A stretch of 64,000 nt of DNA from Methanomassiliicoccus luminyensis B10 (GTDB lineage Archaea; Thermoplasmatota; Thermoplasmata; Methanomassiliicoccales; Methanomassiliicoccaceae): contig NZ_CAJE01000012.1 in the NCBI RefSeq assembly GCF_000308215.1, positions 504,894 through 568,893 of the forward strand. The letters run 5' to 3'. Numbering within the stretch: position 1 is the stretch's first letter; each line of letters begins with the position of its first letter. Below the pieces are notes generated by a model. The model had not been told where the DNA came from and searched no databases. It was given only the letters and a program-made list of their open reading frames with translations. Made by a program: the position numbers and the translations under genes. Below, one piece after another: positions 28,000-39,136 of the stretch.

Positions 28000-30615
28000 A
28001 TGTCTCAGTATGAAGCAGTTCCTACGGAAAGGAAGTGGCAAGCGAAGTGGAAGGAGTGGGAGATCTACCGGTTCGACCCGAAATCCTCTGCCCCGGTCTA
28101 CAGCATTGACAACCCCCCGCGCTACACTTCCGGCTCCCTTCACCTTGGCCACGCTACAGGTTACTCGCTCATCGACTTCGCCGCGCGGTACCGGAGGATG
28201 CGCGGCTACAACGTCTTCTTCCCCCTGTGCTTCGACGTCAACGGAACCCCGACCGAGGTGAAGGTGGAGAAGAAGTACGGCATCAGCAAGCTGACCGTCC
28301 CCCGGCAGGAGTACATTCGGCTGTGCTCGGAGTTCGCCAACTCCTTCATCGCCGAGATGACCCGCCAGTTCGAGATCCTGGGAGAGAGCATGGACCCGTC
28401 CATCTACTACCAGACGGACGCCCCGTACTACCGCAGGATCACCCAGATCACCTTCCTCCGGCTGCTGGAGAGAGGGCTGGTGTACAAGGGCTCCTACCCG
28501 GTCAACTGGTGCCCCTGCTGCATCACCGCGCTGGCGGACGCCGAGGTAGAGTACGAGGACAACATCACCAAGCTCAACTACATCAAGTTCAAGGTGAAGG
28601 AGACGGGCGAGGACGTGCTGGTCGCCACCACCAGGCCGGAGCTGCTTTCCGCCTGCCAGCTGGTCGCGGTGCACCCCGAGGACAAGGACAAAGGGAGGCT
28701 GGTCGGGAAGACCCTTCAGACCCCCGTCTACGGGAAGGAGATCAAGGTCATCGCCGACGAGAAGGTCGACCCCGCCTTCGGCACCGGAGTGGTGATGATC
28801 TGCACCATCGGCGACAAGACCGACCTGGAATGGGTCATGAAGTACTCCCTGCCGCTGGACAAGGCCATCGACGAGCAGGGGAAGATGACCGCTATCGCTG
28901 GCAAGTACCAGGGTATGAGCGTCAAGGAGGCCAAGAAGGCCATCATCGAGGATATGAAAGAGCAGGGGCTCCTGGTCAAGCAGGAGGACACCAAGCAGAA
29001 CGTGGGCTGCTGCTGGCGCTGCCACGCCCCCATCGAGTTCCTCAAGGTGCCCCAGTGGTTCCTCAAGACCATGGACTACAAGGACGAGGTGCTGAAGCTC
29101 GCCGACCAGCTCAACTGGTACCCTGAGTTCATGAAGGTCCGCCTGCTGGACTGGGTCAACAGCCTGCAGTGGGACTGGGTCATATCGAGGCAAAGGTTCT
29201 TCGCCACCCCCATCCCGGTGTGGGAGTGCAAGGACTGCGGCTACGTGGTCCCCGCCCGTGAGGAGGACGCCTACGTTGATCCGACCGTGGACAAGCCCCC
29301 CATGGACCGCTGCCCCCTGTGCGGCGGAAAGCTGGTGGGATGCACCGACGTGTTCGACACCTGGATGGATTCCAGCATCTCCCCGCTGTACAACACTTTC
29401 TGGGGCCGGGACGAGGAGATGTTCAAGAGGCTGTATCCCATGTCCATGAGGCCCCAGAGCCACGACATCATCCGCACCTGGGCGTTCTACACCCTGCTGC
29501 GGTGCCACCTCATGACCGGGGAGAAGGCTTGGAGCGACATCATGATCCACGGGTTCATCATGTCGCCGGACGGGACGCCGATGCACTCCTCGCTAGGGAA
29601 TGTCATCGACCCGGTGCCTATCCTGGAGGAGTACGGCGCGGACGCCCTGCGCTACTATGCCTGCACCTGCGCCCTGGGCGAGGACAACGCCTTCCGGGAG
29701 AAGGACGTCATTCACGGGAAGAGGCTTTGCACCAAGCTGTGGAACATCGGCAAGTTCACTGGCATGGTCGTCAAGGAGAAGCCGGAGATGAAGGGGCTCC
29801 AGCCCATGGACCGCTGGATCCTCAGCAGATACTCCAAGGTGGTGGAGAAGGCCACCCAGTACTATGAGCAGTACTCCTTCGACAAGGCCATGAGGGAGAT
29901 CGAGGAGTTCGCCTGGCACGAGTATGCTGATCATTACCTGGAACTGGTGAAGCACCGCACCAGGGAGGGCGACGACGGGGTCCGCTTCACGCTCTACACC
30001 ATCACCCTGGGCATCGCCAAGATGCTGGCGCCCCTGCTGCCGCACGTCACCGAGGACATCTACCAGGACTTCGCCGAGCTCGACGGCGCGAAGAGCGTAC
30101 ACGTCTCGAAGTGGCCGGAGCCGGTGCTCATCTCCGAGGAGGATGAGAAGCGCGGCGACCTGGTCAAGGACGTGGTGTCCGCCATCCGCGCCTGGAAGGC
30201 TGAGAATAAGCTCCCCCTGAACAGGGAGCTGGAGCTTTTGGAGCTGGTCGGTCCGGCGGCCCTTTCGCTGAAAGGCTACGAGAGCGACATACTGGAGACG
30301 TCGAGGGCCAAGGACCTCAAGATCGTGGCCGAGGCCTCTCTGGAAGAGAAAGTGATGGCGGTCAAGCCGGTCAAGTCCAAGGTCGGGCCGACCTTCAAGG
30401 AGAAGGGCAAGGAGGTCCTGCAGCTGCTGGAGAAGGCGGACCCCCAGGAGGCCGCCGCCGCGCTGGACAAGGGCGGTCTTGAGCTGACCCTGTCCGACGG
30501 CTCCATGGTGACGCTGGACCCTAGCTTCGTAGAGGTGCAGAAGAAGCTGACCCTCGGCGGCAAGGCCGTCGACACCCTGCAGGTCGGGGATATCCTCATC
30601 GCCCTGAGCCCGTGA
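28000..30615 (+). CDS. valS: valine--tRNA ligase (class I aaRS; assignment Val vs Leu from KMSKS-like PMHSSLGN)
   Basis: 871 aa. HIGH-type motif (SGSLHLGHATGY), a CP1 editing-domain region and a KMSKS variant. The length fits archaeal ValRS. Confidence 0.7.
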   Translation: MSQYEAVPTERKWQAKWKEWEIYRFDPKSSAPVYSIDNPPRYTSGSLHLGHATGYSLIDFAARYRRMRGYNVFFPLCFDVNGTPTEVKVEKKYGISKLTVPRQEYIRLCSEFANSFIAEMTRQFEILGESMDPSIYYQTDAPYYRRITQITFLRLLERGLVYKGSYPVNWCPCCITALADAEVEYEDNITKLNYIKFKVKETGEDVLVATTRPELLSACQLVAVHPEDKDKGRLVGKTLQTPVYGKEIKVIADEKVDPAFGTGVVMICTIGDKTDLEWVMKYSLPLDKAIDEQGKMTAIAGKYQGMSVKEAKKAIIEDMKEQGLLVKQEDTKQNVGCCWRCHAPIEFLKVPQWFLKTMDYKDEVLKLADQLNWYPEFMKVRLLDWVNSLQWDWVISRQRFFATPIPVWECKDCGYVVPAREEDAYVDPTVDKPPMDRCPLCGGKLVGCTDVFDTWMDSSISPLYNTFWGRDEEMFKRLYPMSMRPQSHDIIRTWAFYTLLRCHLMTGEKAWSDIMIHGFIMSPDGTPMHSSLGNVIDPVPILEEYGADALRYYACTCALGEDNAFREKDVIHGKRLCTKLWNIGKFTGMVVKEKPEMKGLQPMDRWILSRYSKVVEKATQYYEQYSFDKAMREIEEFAWHEYADHYLELVKHRTREGDDGVRFTLYTITLGIAKMLAPLLPHVTEDIYQDFAELDGAKSVHVSKWPEPVLISEEDEKRGDLVKDVVSAIRAWKAENKLPLNRELELLELVGPAALSLKGYESDILETSRAKDLKIVAEASLEEKVMAVKPVKSKVGPTFKEKGKEVLQLLEKADPQEAAAALDKGGLELTLSDGSMVTLDPSFVEVQKKLTLGGKAVDTLQVGDILIALSP

Positions 30616-30713
30616 AACCCCTTATCCACATTCCATTTTTTCCAGCCTCTTAGAGCGTACCCAGGATAAGTAAGGTTTAAATGCAAAGAGCATATTCCTT
30701 GATTCGCTCACCT

Positions 30714-30789
30714 GCGGGCGTGGTGTAGCTGGTTATCACTTAACCTTGCCAAGGTTAGAACTCGGGTTCGAATCCCGACGCCCGCACCA
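30714..30789 (+). tRNA. tRNA-Gly (anticodon GCC)
   Basis: Manual fold. 7-bp acceptor stem GCGGGCG/CGCCCGC. Anticodon stem TAACC/GGTTA with loop TTGCCAA. T-arm TCGGG-TTCGAAT-CCCGA. Discriminator A plus an encoded CCA. Confidence 0.85.
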
Positions 30790-30940
30790 ATCACATCATG
30801 ATTCTTCAGTGATGTTTCTCAATAATGCCTCTTAATGCATATGCGGGGGCATTGAACGCCCTCGCGATCTTAACACAGCGTTAATCCAAATCTCTGGATT
30901 CGTTTATAAATCCAATAGCGAATATCCCGCCGGAGAGTCC

Positions 30941-33061
30941 ATGGTAGGGATCGGAACCGTAATTGGAATTATAGCAGTCGTAGCAGTAGCGATATTCGCT
31001 TATTTTGGATTTTACCTGATCCAGGACAACCAGGTAGGAATCAAGCGAAGGAGGATGTTCGGGAAGGCCATGCCGCAGGGGCACATAATCGCCATTGACG
31101 GCGAGGTGGGCATTCAGGCAGACACTTTGATGCCCGGCCTTTACTGGAAGATGCCCATCGTCTGGAAGGTCGAGAAGGTCAATGTCATCTACATCAGCCC
31201 TGACTCCATCGGCGTGGTCAATGCCATCGACGGCGCCCCCATGCCCAAAGGCAGGGTGCTGGGCGACGAGGTGGATAGCAACAACTTCCAGGACGCCAAG
31301 CTGTTCCTGCAGAACGGCGGCATCAAGGGGCCGCAGGTGGCCATCCTGAGGCCCGGGGTGTACCGTATCAACACCGGTGCTTTCAACGTGACCGTGGCCA
31401 AGGCCACCAAGATCGGGGAGGAGATGATCGGAGTGGTCATAGCCGAGGACGGCAGGCCGCTGCCCTCGGGGTACCTCATCGCCCCCAAGCCCCCCGAGGC
31501 TGCGTCGCAGGAGTGCCCGTACGCGAGGACGCACAAGCACTTCACCGACGGGCAGGCCTTCATCGACTCCGGCGGGTACAGGGGAACGCAGCAGGAGTCC
31601 CTGCAGCCGGGTGTCTATTACATCAACCCGCTGTTCTTCACGGTGAAGCCCGTTAACATCCAGGAGGTGCCTCCGGGCTACGTCGCGGTCATCCGGTCCA
31701 ACATCGGGGTGGAGCTGGAATCGAAGCAAGGGGCCCCGAGCTTCAACACCGGGCAGGACGACATCACCACCCCGGTGCACGAGGAATCGGAGACGTTGCT
31801 GATCTCGGACAAGAACGTCCGCGGCATCTGGAAGGACCCGGTGGCGCCAGGCAAGTACAACCTGAACCCGCTGGCCTTCACCCCATATCTGGTGCCGACC
31901 AGCGCCATCACCATCGACTGGGCCAACGATCTCCAGAAGAGGCACGAGCCGGACTCGCTCAACAAGAAGACCGACGATTTCTTCAAGTTCAGCCAGCTAA
32001 AGGTCACCAGCTCCGACGCGTTCACCTTGGACGTGGACGTCAGGATGATCATCCGCATCAGGCCGGAGAACGCGCCGTTCGTCATCGCCAGGTTCGGCTC
32101 GGTGGAGAACCTGATCCAGCAGATCGTTCACCCCCTGATCGACTCGTCCTTCCGCAACAAGGCCGGGAACGAGAAGGCCATCGAGTTCATCAAGAGCAGG
32201 ACCAGGCTCCAGGAGGAAGCGCTCAACACCGCCAGGCTGGAGTTCGACAAGTACCACGTGGAAGCCCAGAACCTGCTGGTGTCGTACATCCTCGCTCCTC
32301 CCGAGCTCATGAAGACCCAGACCGACAAGGAGATCGCCGAGCAGCAGCTGGCCCAGTTCCAGAAGCAGGCCGAGGCCCAGGAGATGAGGAAGGACGTCAT
32401 GTCCAAGACCGCCCAGGCCGACAAGCAGGGCGAGGTGGTGGCGGCGCAGCTCTCCATTGAGATCGAGCGCAGCCGGGCCAATGCACGGAGGGAGTCCGCG
32501 GAAGGCGACAAAGCCTCTGCCATGATCATCGCCGAGGGCGAGAGCTACAAGCTGCAGAAGATGGCGGAAGGTGAGGCGGCCAAGATCAAGTCCATAGCAG
32601 AGGCGGAGGCCGCCAAGATCGAGATGACCGGCAAGGCGGACGGGGCCAAGATCAAGTACATCGGGGAAGCGGACGCCATGAAGGTCAAGTACATGGGCGA
32701 TGCCGAAGCGTCCCGCATCAAGGCAGTCGGGCAGGCCGAGGCCTATTCCGAGAAATCGGTCGGCGAGGGGCTGGCCGACGCGTTCAAGGCCCAAGTGGAG
32801 GCGATGGGGGGCGACAACATCGCCCGGCTGAAGATAGTGGAGGCCATCGCCGCCGGGAAGGTGCAGATCGTCCCCGAAATCCTGGTGTCCAGCAACGGGC
32901 CCAGCGGAGGCGGCAGCCTCGGCGATGTCCTGACGCTCCTATTCACCCAGAAGGTGGCGGAGGAGGCCAAGAAGGCCGAGGCCGCCAAGAAGCCGGAGAC
33001 GATAGACATCAAGAGCGCCGAGCTGCCCGTCAAGAAGCCCGAGGAAGCGGAAACCTTTTGA
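30941..33061 (+). CDS. flotillin-like SPFH/band-7 domain protein with long C-terminal coiled-coil/Ala-Glu-Lys repeat region
   Basis: N-terminal TM anchor, SPFH core, then ~250 aa of EA-rich heptad-like repeats (KIKSIAEAEAAKIEMTGKADGAKIKYIGEADAMKVKYMG...). Confidence 0.8.
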   Translation: MVGIGTVIGIIAVVAVAIFAYFGFYLIQDNQVGIKRRRMFGKAMPQGHIIAIDGEVGIQADTLMPGLYWKMPIVWKVEKVNVIYISPDSIGVVNAIDGAPMPKGRVLGDEVDSNNFQDAKLFLQNGGIKGPQVAILRPGVYRINTGAFNVTVAKATKIGEEMIGVVIAEDGRPLPSGYLIAPKPPEAASQECPYARTHKHFTDGQAFIDSGGYRGTQQESLQPGVYYINPLFFTVKPVNIQEVPPGYVAVIRSNIGVELESKQGAPSFNTGQDDITTPVHEESETLLISDKNVRGIWKDPVAPGKYNLNPLAFTPYLVPTSAITIDWANDLQKRHEPDSLNKKTDDFFKFSQLKVTSSDAFTLDVDVRMIIRIRPENAPFVIARFGSVENLIQQIVHPLIDSSFRNKAGNEKAIEFIKSRTRLQEEALNTARLEFDKYHVEAQNLLVSYILAPPELMKTQTDKEIAEQQLAQFQKQAEAQEMRKDVMSKTAQADKQGEVVAAQLSIEIERSRANARRESAEGDKASAMIIAEGESYKLQKMAEGEAAKIKSIAEAEAAKIEMTGKADGAKIKYIGEADAMKVKYMGDAEASRIKAVGQAEAYSEKSVGEGLADAFKAQVEAMGGDNIARLKIVEAIAAGKVQIVPEILVSSNGPSGGGSLGDVLTLLFTQKVAEEAKKAEAAKKPETIDIKSAELPVKKPEEAETF

Positions 33062-33818
33062 AACCCATTTTCTTTCTTATTTCTTTTTTGACCAGATAGC
33101 AAGGTTATTCTGGACAGGTGCCACTTCATAGAGAGTGTCCGCGACTGCTACACCGCGGGATGCGTGAAACCGCAGAAGTCAGTCGTCAGCCGCACCATGC
33201 TCAAGAAGACCTCAGGATCATATCCGTCCTCGAACGCCTCCCAAAGGCAGTTATGGGGCGCGAATCGTACCAGCCGATGACCTATTCCACTTTTCTTCTT
33301 TTTTTATCGAGGGGAGATTACGGAGCATCACTATATCCTGCGCGACCCTAGTCGCAGGGAGGTAACAATGCGGCATCAGGCATCCTCAGCCCGTTCCAGG
33401 TGAAGAATGTCAGCTTCGCCAACAGGGGGTCACGTCACCTATGGTGCGATTCGTGATCCCAGGCAAGGGTGACATAACGGGCGAAAAAATGATGGGTAGT
33501 TGCCTGGAAAGGCTGGCCAGGACATGCTGACAGAATATGAGCTGCCCGGAACGGGGACTCATTCATCCAAGTAGCGAGGATATGTTAGAAGACCAGCCTC
33601 GACGGCATCGATTCCCATGGGGCCACATAACTTCTTCCTGAACATGATAGCCTCCGCGCACCCCAATAAGCGAAGGGACCGTTACGGCGGCGACCTGAAA
33701 GGGAGGCTGACCCTGGCCAGATATAATGCAAAGCTAAAAAAATTCGGTTTCGATGAGACTCTTATCGAATCGCTGACATCTTTGTAATATATAAATAACA
33801 ACAATAAGGTTCTGGATT

Positions 33819-35498
33819 ATGGATTTCGATAGGAAGATATACTTTGGAGATTACAGGTGTACGAATCTCAAGAAGTTGGCAGCATACATCGAGGAGCTGA
33901 ACGAAACAATCGAGCCGTTGTTCGATGCGCACCCTTTATTTAAGGGAGAGTACGCACTCGATTACTACGAATATTTGAGTAGATGTGAGTTGAACAGCGA
34001 ACCTATCGAACCCAAAAAGGTGTTCGAGTACATCGCTCCACTATACTCGAATCTTCCAGATTGGCGCAATCCGGGAACCATGATTAATGTTATCCCAGCC
34101 GTTAATCTAGTTTCAGCGGCCACATCTAGTGTCACTCAGATGTTCAATCCGAATTTTGCTCAGGACACGTATTCCGGAAACCTCACACTTGCCGAACTCG
34201 AGTCTGTCAAGTATCTTTCGCAGATAATCGGATGGGACTGGGAGAAGAGTTGCGGTGTGTTCACTTTCGGAGGCACGGGAACTAACATGTACGCCACGAA
34301 GCTTGCATTATGTAACGCCGATGCAGAGTCTGGAAAGTACGGGGCAGTCAAGGGAAGGTACTTCACGCTTACCAGCAAGAATGGTCATCCAACTCATTAC
34401 CAGATCTGTGACTGGCTTGGGATCGGGAGCGACAGCTGCATCGAGATTGAATGCAATCCCGACGGAAGGATTAATGTTTCCGAAGTGAAAAGGGTCATCC
34501 GCGAGAACATCGAGGTTGGGAGGACATTTCTCGGCTACAATATGACTGGCGGAAGTACCAACGAGCTTATCGTGGATCCGATTAAGGAGATCTATGACCT
34601 CAATGACGAGATAGTGAAAGATTACGACCTGCCGTACAAGCCCATGATCCATGTGGATTCGGTGTTGGGTTGGATATTCTTGTTTTTCAGATATTACGAC
34701 TTCGAAAAGAATCCTAATGATTATCCAGATGATGTCTTGAAACGGATTAAGTCCATGTACGACCATGTTTTCGAGTTTAAATATGCCGATACATTGGGCG
34801 TTGATTTCCATAAGACTGGTTTCTGCCCATATATCACCAGTGCGTTTGTGGTGAAGGACCGGTCCAAATTCTTTAATCTCAACCCGTCCACTTCGATCGA
34901 TTTAAAGGATATGAAGTATGGGGATTACAATCCATTCTACACATCGTTGGAGTACTCCAGAACGGGTGTCGGACCTATGGCTGCACTTACGTGTCTAAAG
35001 TCGCTAGGCACCAATTCATTCTGTAAATTGGTGGGCGATCTTGTTTTGGCGACACACATTTTCAGGAAGAGATTGAAGGACAACCCGCATGTGTTCATGC
35101 TCAGTGATGGGTCGGAAGGATTTGCTACACTGTTCCTTCTCGTTCCACCTAGGTACGGAAAACTGACATATAGTACGGTCTTTAGTCTTACTGATGGGCA
35201 GACCAAGGAAATCAAGGATTACAATACCAGGTATGGGAAGTTCGTCCTTCGCGAATGTATAGAAAGAAAAACTAATTTCTTATTCACATCTTCCAGAAGC
35301 TATACGTTGCCTGGGACTGATATAAAGATAGGCGCCATCAAGGCATATCCATTTTCGATATTCCTTACAGAAGAGAATGCCGAGGTATTGGCCAAAGAGG
35401 TTGGTGAAAGCATCCAGAGATTTACAGACCAAGATGGCGATCAGGCATGCACTAGAGACGAGTATTTTGTGGACATGACAACTGCGGGCAAGAAGTGA
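33819..35498 (+). CDS. PLP-dependent group II amino-acid decarboxylase-like protein (559 aa)
   Basis: Conserved decarboxylase lysine context (LGVDFHKTGFCPY) and an upstream GTGTNMYA region. Confidence 0.65.
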   Translation: MDFDRKIYFGDYRCTNLKKLAAYIEELNETIEPLFDAHPLFKGEYALDYYEYLSRCELNSEPIEPKKVFEYIAPLYSNLPDWRNPGTMINVIPAVNLVSAATSSVTQMFNPNFAQDTYSGNLTLAELESVKYLSQIIGWDWEKSCGVFTFGGTGTNMYATKLALCNADAESGKYGAVKGRYFTLTSKNGHPTHYQICDWLGIGSDSCIEIECNPDGRINVSEVKRVIRENIEVGRTFLGYNMTGGSTNELIVDPIKEIYDLNDEIVKDYDLPYKPMIHVDSVLGWIFLFFRYYDFEKNPNDYPDDVLKRIKSMYDHVFEFKYADTLGVDFHKTGFCPYITSAFVVKDRSKFFNLNPSTSIDLKDMKYGDYNPFYTSLEYSRTGVGPMAALTCLKSLGTNSFCKLVGDLVLATHIFRKRLKDNPHVFMLSDGSEGFATLFLLVPPRYGKLTYSTVFSLTDGQTKEIKDYNTRYGKFVLRECIERKTNFLFTSSRSYTLPGTDIKIGAIKAYPFSIFLTEENAEVLAKEVGESIQRFTDQDGDQACTRDEYFVDMTTAGKK

Positions 35499-36343
35499 AT
35501 AATGTGAAGAACGATGCTTTGATGAATAATTTGTCCGAAGAGATACAGCGCCTGAAAGATTACTTGTTGAACGATTTGTTTTCATTGAAAATCACGTGTA
35601 TCACTGCATTCGGCAACTGTGTCCGTAACGCGACCACAGTGCCGAATTATTCGGACGTGGACATCGTAGCTTATTCGGATATGGTGAGCTATGAGAACAT
35701 AGACCTGATACTGAGGACGATTTACGGATCATACAAAGATTTCTGTGATAAACCGCCGAGGTTTATCACAGACTCCATAGCTCCTCGCATAGAATGGTTT
35801 ATGCGGATTAATGATGTCAAATTTGATCTCAATCTCATGCCCACCTATCTCCCCGGATATGAAAGGATGATGGTCGATCCAGTCCATGATACGGTCGATA
35901 TAATTATTGGAGCGATGTATCTGAATGCAATAACGCTCCATGGGGAGATACCATTCAGGCAGCTCGTCGAATCGGAGATGATTCCATTTTATAATGATGA
36001 GCTGAGGCTTAACAGGATGAAGATACTGGGGGGGAGGATTGATGAACAATTGAGCATAATCGAAGGCATTCAGGACGGTGATGGCGAGAATGTGTTGTAT
36101 TACACATTCAAAACCCAGGCATATGTGACAAAATGGATTTTCATCGCTTGTCGTAAGTACCCTCTCGATGCCCAAAGGCATCTCGGAACGCAGCTCGCAG
36201 GACTGGAATGTATGTCTTCGGAGGAGATTGAGAGCATTATGTTGAAGAACGGTGAGAATATAAAGGCGATTGTTTGGAATTTCATCAAAGGAACGAGAGA
36301 AGTCATGATTAGGTTAGGCAGACCCTCAGAGGTCGAAGAATGA
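35495..36343 (+). CDS. putative nucleotidyltransferase (Pol-beta-like NTase fold)
   Basis: GN/GS-x(9-13)-DxD-like motif (FGNCVRNATTVPNYSDVDIVAY). Translationally coupled to neighbours (4-nt overlaps). Confidence 0.45.
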   Translation: MNNVKNDALMNNLSEEIQRLKDYLLNDLFSLKITCITAFGNCVRNATTVPNYSDVDIVAYSDMVSYENIDLILRTIYGSYKDFCDKPPRFITDSIAPRIEWFMRINDVKFDLNLMPTYLPGYERMMVDPVHDTVDIIIGAMYLNAITLHGEIPFRQLVESEMIPFYNDELRLNRMKILGGRIDEQLSIIEGIQDGDGENVLYYTFKTQAYVTKWIFIACRKYPLDAQRHLGTQLAGLECMSSEEIESIMLKNGENIKAIVWNFIKGTREVMIRLGRPSEVEE

Positions 36344-37218
36344 TTGTAGAGCATGAATATGACGGAAAAAAGGTATTCATACTAGCTTGTTCCAGTTGCA
36401 ATGTTGTTTGCAAACATTGCTACATCAATTTTAAAGGTGATATGGGCCTAGAGAAACTTGTAACGACCATATACGCTCTCAAAGATAGATATGTGCTCAA
36501 TATCACTGGAGCGGAACTGCTGATTGATTCTGAATACGTTCGGAGAATAACTGAATCCAATCAGAAAGGGTTTATGACTAACGGTCTCGCTCTTTATAAG
36601 AACGTCAATCTGTTGGATAAACTCTTAGAATGGGGCGTGAAATACGTGGCCCTTTCATACCACCATATGGTTCAGGAAGAGTATTCACCCATTCCAAAAT
36701 ACAAGGTGGAATGGGTGATTAAGGAATTGATAACAAGAAGAATAGACGTGAGCCTTATGTCCACAGTGACGAAGGTAAACTATGACAAGATTGACGATGC
36801 CTGCAGAATCGCAGAATCGCTCGGGGCCAAAAGGATACATTTCACCAATTTCACGGCGCAGGGCAATGCTCGTAAGATATCTGACATGTGGAAACTGAAT
36901 GATAAGGAGATTCAGGTATTTTTTGAGAGATATCGCGAATGTGTGGAGAACTATCCAAATCTCATTGTGGAGAAGTGTTGCAGTTTCGGTAAAGATGTTA
37001 ACGAGCCCTGTGCACAAGTATGTGCTGCTGGAAAGGACAAGGTCGCGATCACTCCTGATGGAAACGTATATCCCTGTTTCTTCCTTGCCGAAAAAGGAAA
37101 TGAGATCGGGCGTTTCGATAATGGCATTATAACCATCTTCCGTGAGATCGACTGGGATGGGACAGATTGTCTTTCGAAGCGTGTTCTCAACTACAACGGG
37201 GCGCTAAATTATAAATGA
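36340..37218 (+). CDS. radical SAM enzyme with C-terminal SPASM/twitch-like Cys-rich domain
   Basis: CSSCNVVCKHC contains Cx3Cx2C. A C-terminal CAQVCAAGKDKVAITPDGNVYPCFF motif is present. Confidence 0.8.
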   Translation: MIVEHEYDGKKVFILACSSCNVVCKHCYINFKGDMGLEKLVTTIYALKDRYVLNITGAELLIDSEYVRRITESNQKGFMTNGLALYKNVNLLDKLLEWGVKYVALSYHHMVQEEYSPIPKYKVEWVIKELITRRIDVSLMSTVTKVNYDKIDDACRIAESLGAKRIHFTNFTAQGNARKISDMWKLNDKEIQVFFERYRECVENYPNLIVEKCCSFGKDVNEPCAQVCAAGKDKVAITPDGNVYPCFFLAEKGNEIGRFDNGIITIFREIDWDGTDCLSKRVLNYNGALNYK

Positions 37219-37432
37219 ATGTTGTCTGAGCGGTTTCATGCGCCCGTTTCACATGGATGAGAATCCTTCTTGACGCAATTGGTAGCGATGGGATATCAGG
37301 ATACGACTCACCAGTCACGGGGTCCAAGGTGGCGCGATATTTGCCTGATTTAATCCGAGATATTATATGGCAATAGATGGTGATGCCTCTTAGCAAACCT
37401 TTTTTCATTATCTATCATTCTGGAGTTAGGGA

Positions 37433-38212
37433 ATGAGAAGAATCGCTATCTATGGCAAGGGCGGCATAGGGAAGTCTACGACAGCATCCAATATTTCCTC
37501 GGCATTATCTGAAGTTGGATTGAAAGTGATGCAGATTGGGTGTGACCCCAAAGCTGATTCAACCCGAATATTGACGCATGGAAAAATACCGACGGTACTC
37601 GATGCTCTCTACAGCAAAGGTCATCCTGAACTGAAAGACATAATATTCGAAGGAGACAATGGAATCCTTTGTGTGGAATGCGGTGGGCCGCGTCCTGGAG
37701 AAGGATGCGCTGGCAGGGGGATAATCGCCGCGTTCGAGAAGATCGAGGAGCTTAAAGCTGTTGAGGCATACAAACCAGACGTAATATTGTACGATGTCCT
37801 CGGTGATGTGGTCTGTGGCGGCTTTGTCATGCCGATACGTAATGGGTATGCAAAGGATGTGTTTGTGATATCCTCGGGCGAGATGATGTCGCTTTATGCT
37901 GCATCAAATATAATCAGTGCCGTCAATACCATGTCGTACATGGGCTATGCCAAATTCGGAGGCATCATTCAGAATTCACGCGGCATCGTGAATGAGGATG
38001 CGATTGTGAATAAGGTTGCCGTGGAGATGGGGGCCGATGTAATCTATAGGCTCCCTAGGAGTCCAGTGGTCCAATCCTGCGAGAATGCTGATAATTCTGT
38101 CGTTTTTGGTGCACCGCAATCATACATGGCTTCGGCATACAGAGAATTATCTAAAGTTATCTTGAAACGCACCGAAGATATTGCTGGAAAAATGAAACTT
38201 TGTATTCAATAA
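37433..38212 (+). CDS. NifH-like ATPase/Fe protein homolog (CfbC/BchL/NifH family)
   Basis: Walker A (IYGKGGIGKSTT), switch regions, and both [4Fe-4S] Cys ligand motifs (CAGRG, VCGGF). 259 aa. Confidence 0.85.
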   Translation: MRRIAIYGKGGIGKSTTASNISSALSEVGLKVMQIGCDPKADSTRILTHGKIPTVLDALYSKGHPELKDIIFEGDNGILCVECGGPRPGEGCAGRGIIAAFEKIEELKAVEAYKPDVILYDVLGDVVCGGFVMPIRNGYAKDVFVISSGEMMSLYAASNIISAVNTMSYMGYAKFGGIIQNSRGIVNEDAIVNKVAVEMGADVIYRLPRSPVVQSCENADNSVVFGAPQSYMASAYRELSKVILKRTEDIAGKMKLCIQ

Positions 38213-39132
38213 TGTCCGATGGTAAGATGGTTCCCGTGGAAGACAGAAACCCCAGGATATATGCAAAATGTGCGATTGCAATGCCGTTCTTGGCTAGTAG
38301 ACACACACAAGCTTTGGAGCTGTGCATGAAGTCGATTCTGAGATACGGTCCCGAATCCATGGACATATTCATATCTGTGGATGCTAAAGGGTCTGTATCT
38401 GACATATTTCCGAAGGAAAGAATCCAGTCCATCAGCGATAGGATAAATATCATCCCTCTTGATGATAAAAATTACAAGCAGGCGTTGCTAAATTACATGG
38501 CATCGCTGGATTATGACTACACATATGTAATCCATAGTGATGTTTTCTTTACGGGAAATAAGGCCTTAAATAAGCTTTTGAAAGCATTGGTAGATAAGTC
38601 GGATGCTGTGTTGAGTTACTATGATGTTCCGTTATGCATACATGAAAGTACCTATCATATGAGCGGGGAGTCCAAACGTAAATACGTGTTGTCTCCGCGC
38701 GTCAGTACATGGATTATGTGTTTCAATGTTGGAAATTACAGAAAGATAAAGAAGAAATACGGTATGAAGATTGATTTTGTCCGTGTATGGATGAATCTTA
38801 ATGACGATTACTTCGAAGAATACAATCAGTGGATGAGGAGCCAGAAAGAATTTGATTTGATATATAGCTCCTTTCCGTTCGATGAGTATATGGTGGATAT
38901 CGGCGGACTCATTAAATACCAGATAGACACGGGGAACGTAAATGGAGTGTCCGTTGGTTCGGAGTCTAATCCGGATTTCAACTCCATGAATCTGAACAAA
39001 AGGTCCGACGAGTATGTCCATATTGAACAATTTGATCCATCGCGTTACAATGATAGATTGTATTCCAAGGGTTTGTTAGATACGAGGGCCAATCAGATAA
39101 AAGATTACATGAAGAGAAACTACCCGGAGTGA
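38200..39132 (+). CDS. hypothetical protein (possible GT-A-like fold), island-specific
   Basis: 310-aa ORF between the NifH-like and NifD-like genes, AT-rich codon usage, no motif confidently recognised. Confidence 0.4.
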   Translation: MYSIMSDGKMVPVEDRNPRIYAKCAIAMPFLASRHTQALELCMKSILRYGPESMDIFISVDAKGSVSDIFPKERIQSISDRINIIPLDDKNYKQALLNYMASLDYDYTYVIHSDVFFTGNKALNKLLKALVDKSDAVLSYYDVPLCIHESTYHMSGESKRKYVLSPRVSTWIMCFNVGNYRKIKKKYGMKIDFVRVWMNLNDDYFEEYNQWMRSQKEFDLIYSSFPFDEYMVDIGGLIKYQIDTGNVNGVSVGSESNPDFNSMNLNKRSDEYVHIEQFDPSRYNDRLYSKGLLDTRANQIKDYMKRNYPE

Positions 39133-39136
39133 GTTA

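Noticed and set aside
30714-33100. tRNA-Gly as the integration site of the AT-rich island
   Set aside because: The island starts ~2.3 kb downstream, with a host-GC flotillin gene in between. No tRNA 3' fragment repeat was seen at the far border, so there is no direct evidence for tRNA-targeted integration.
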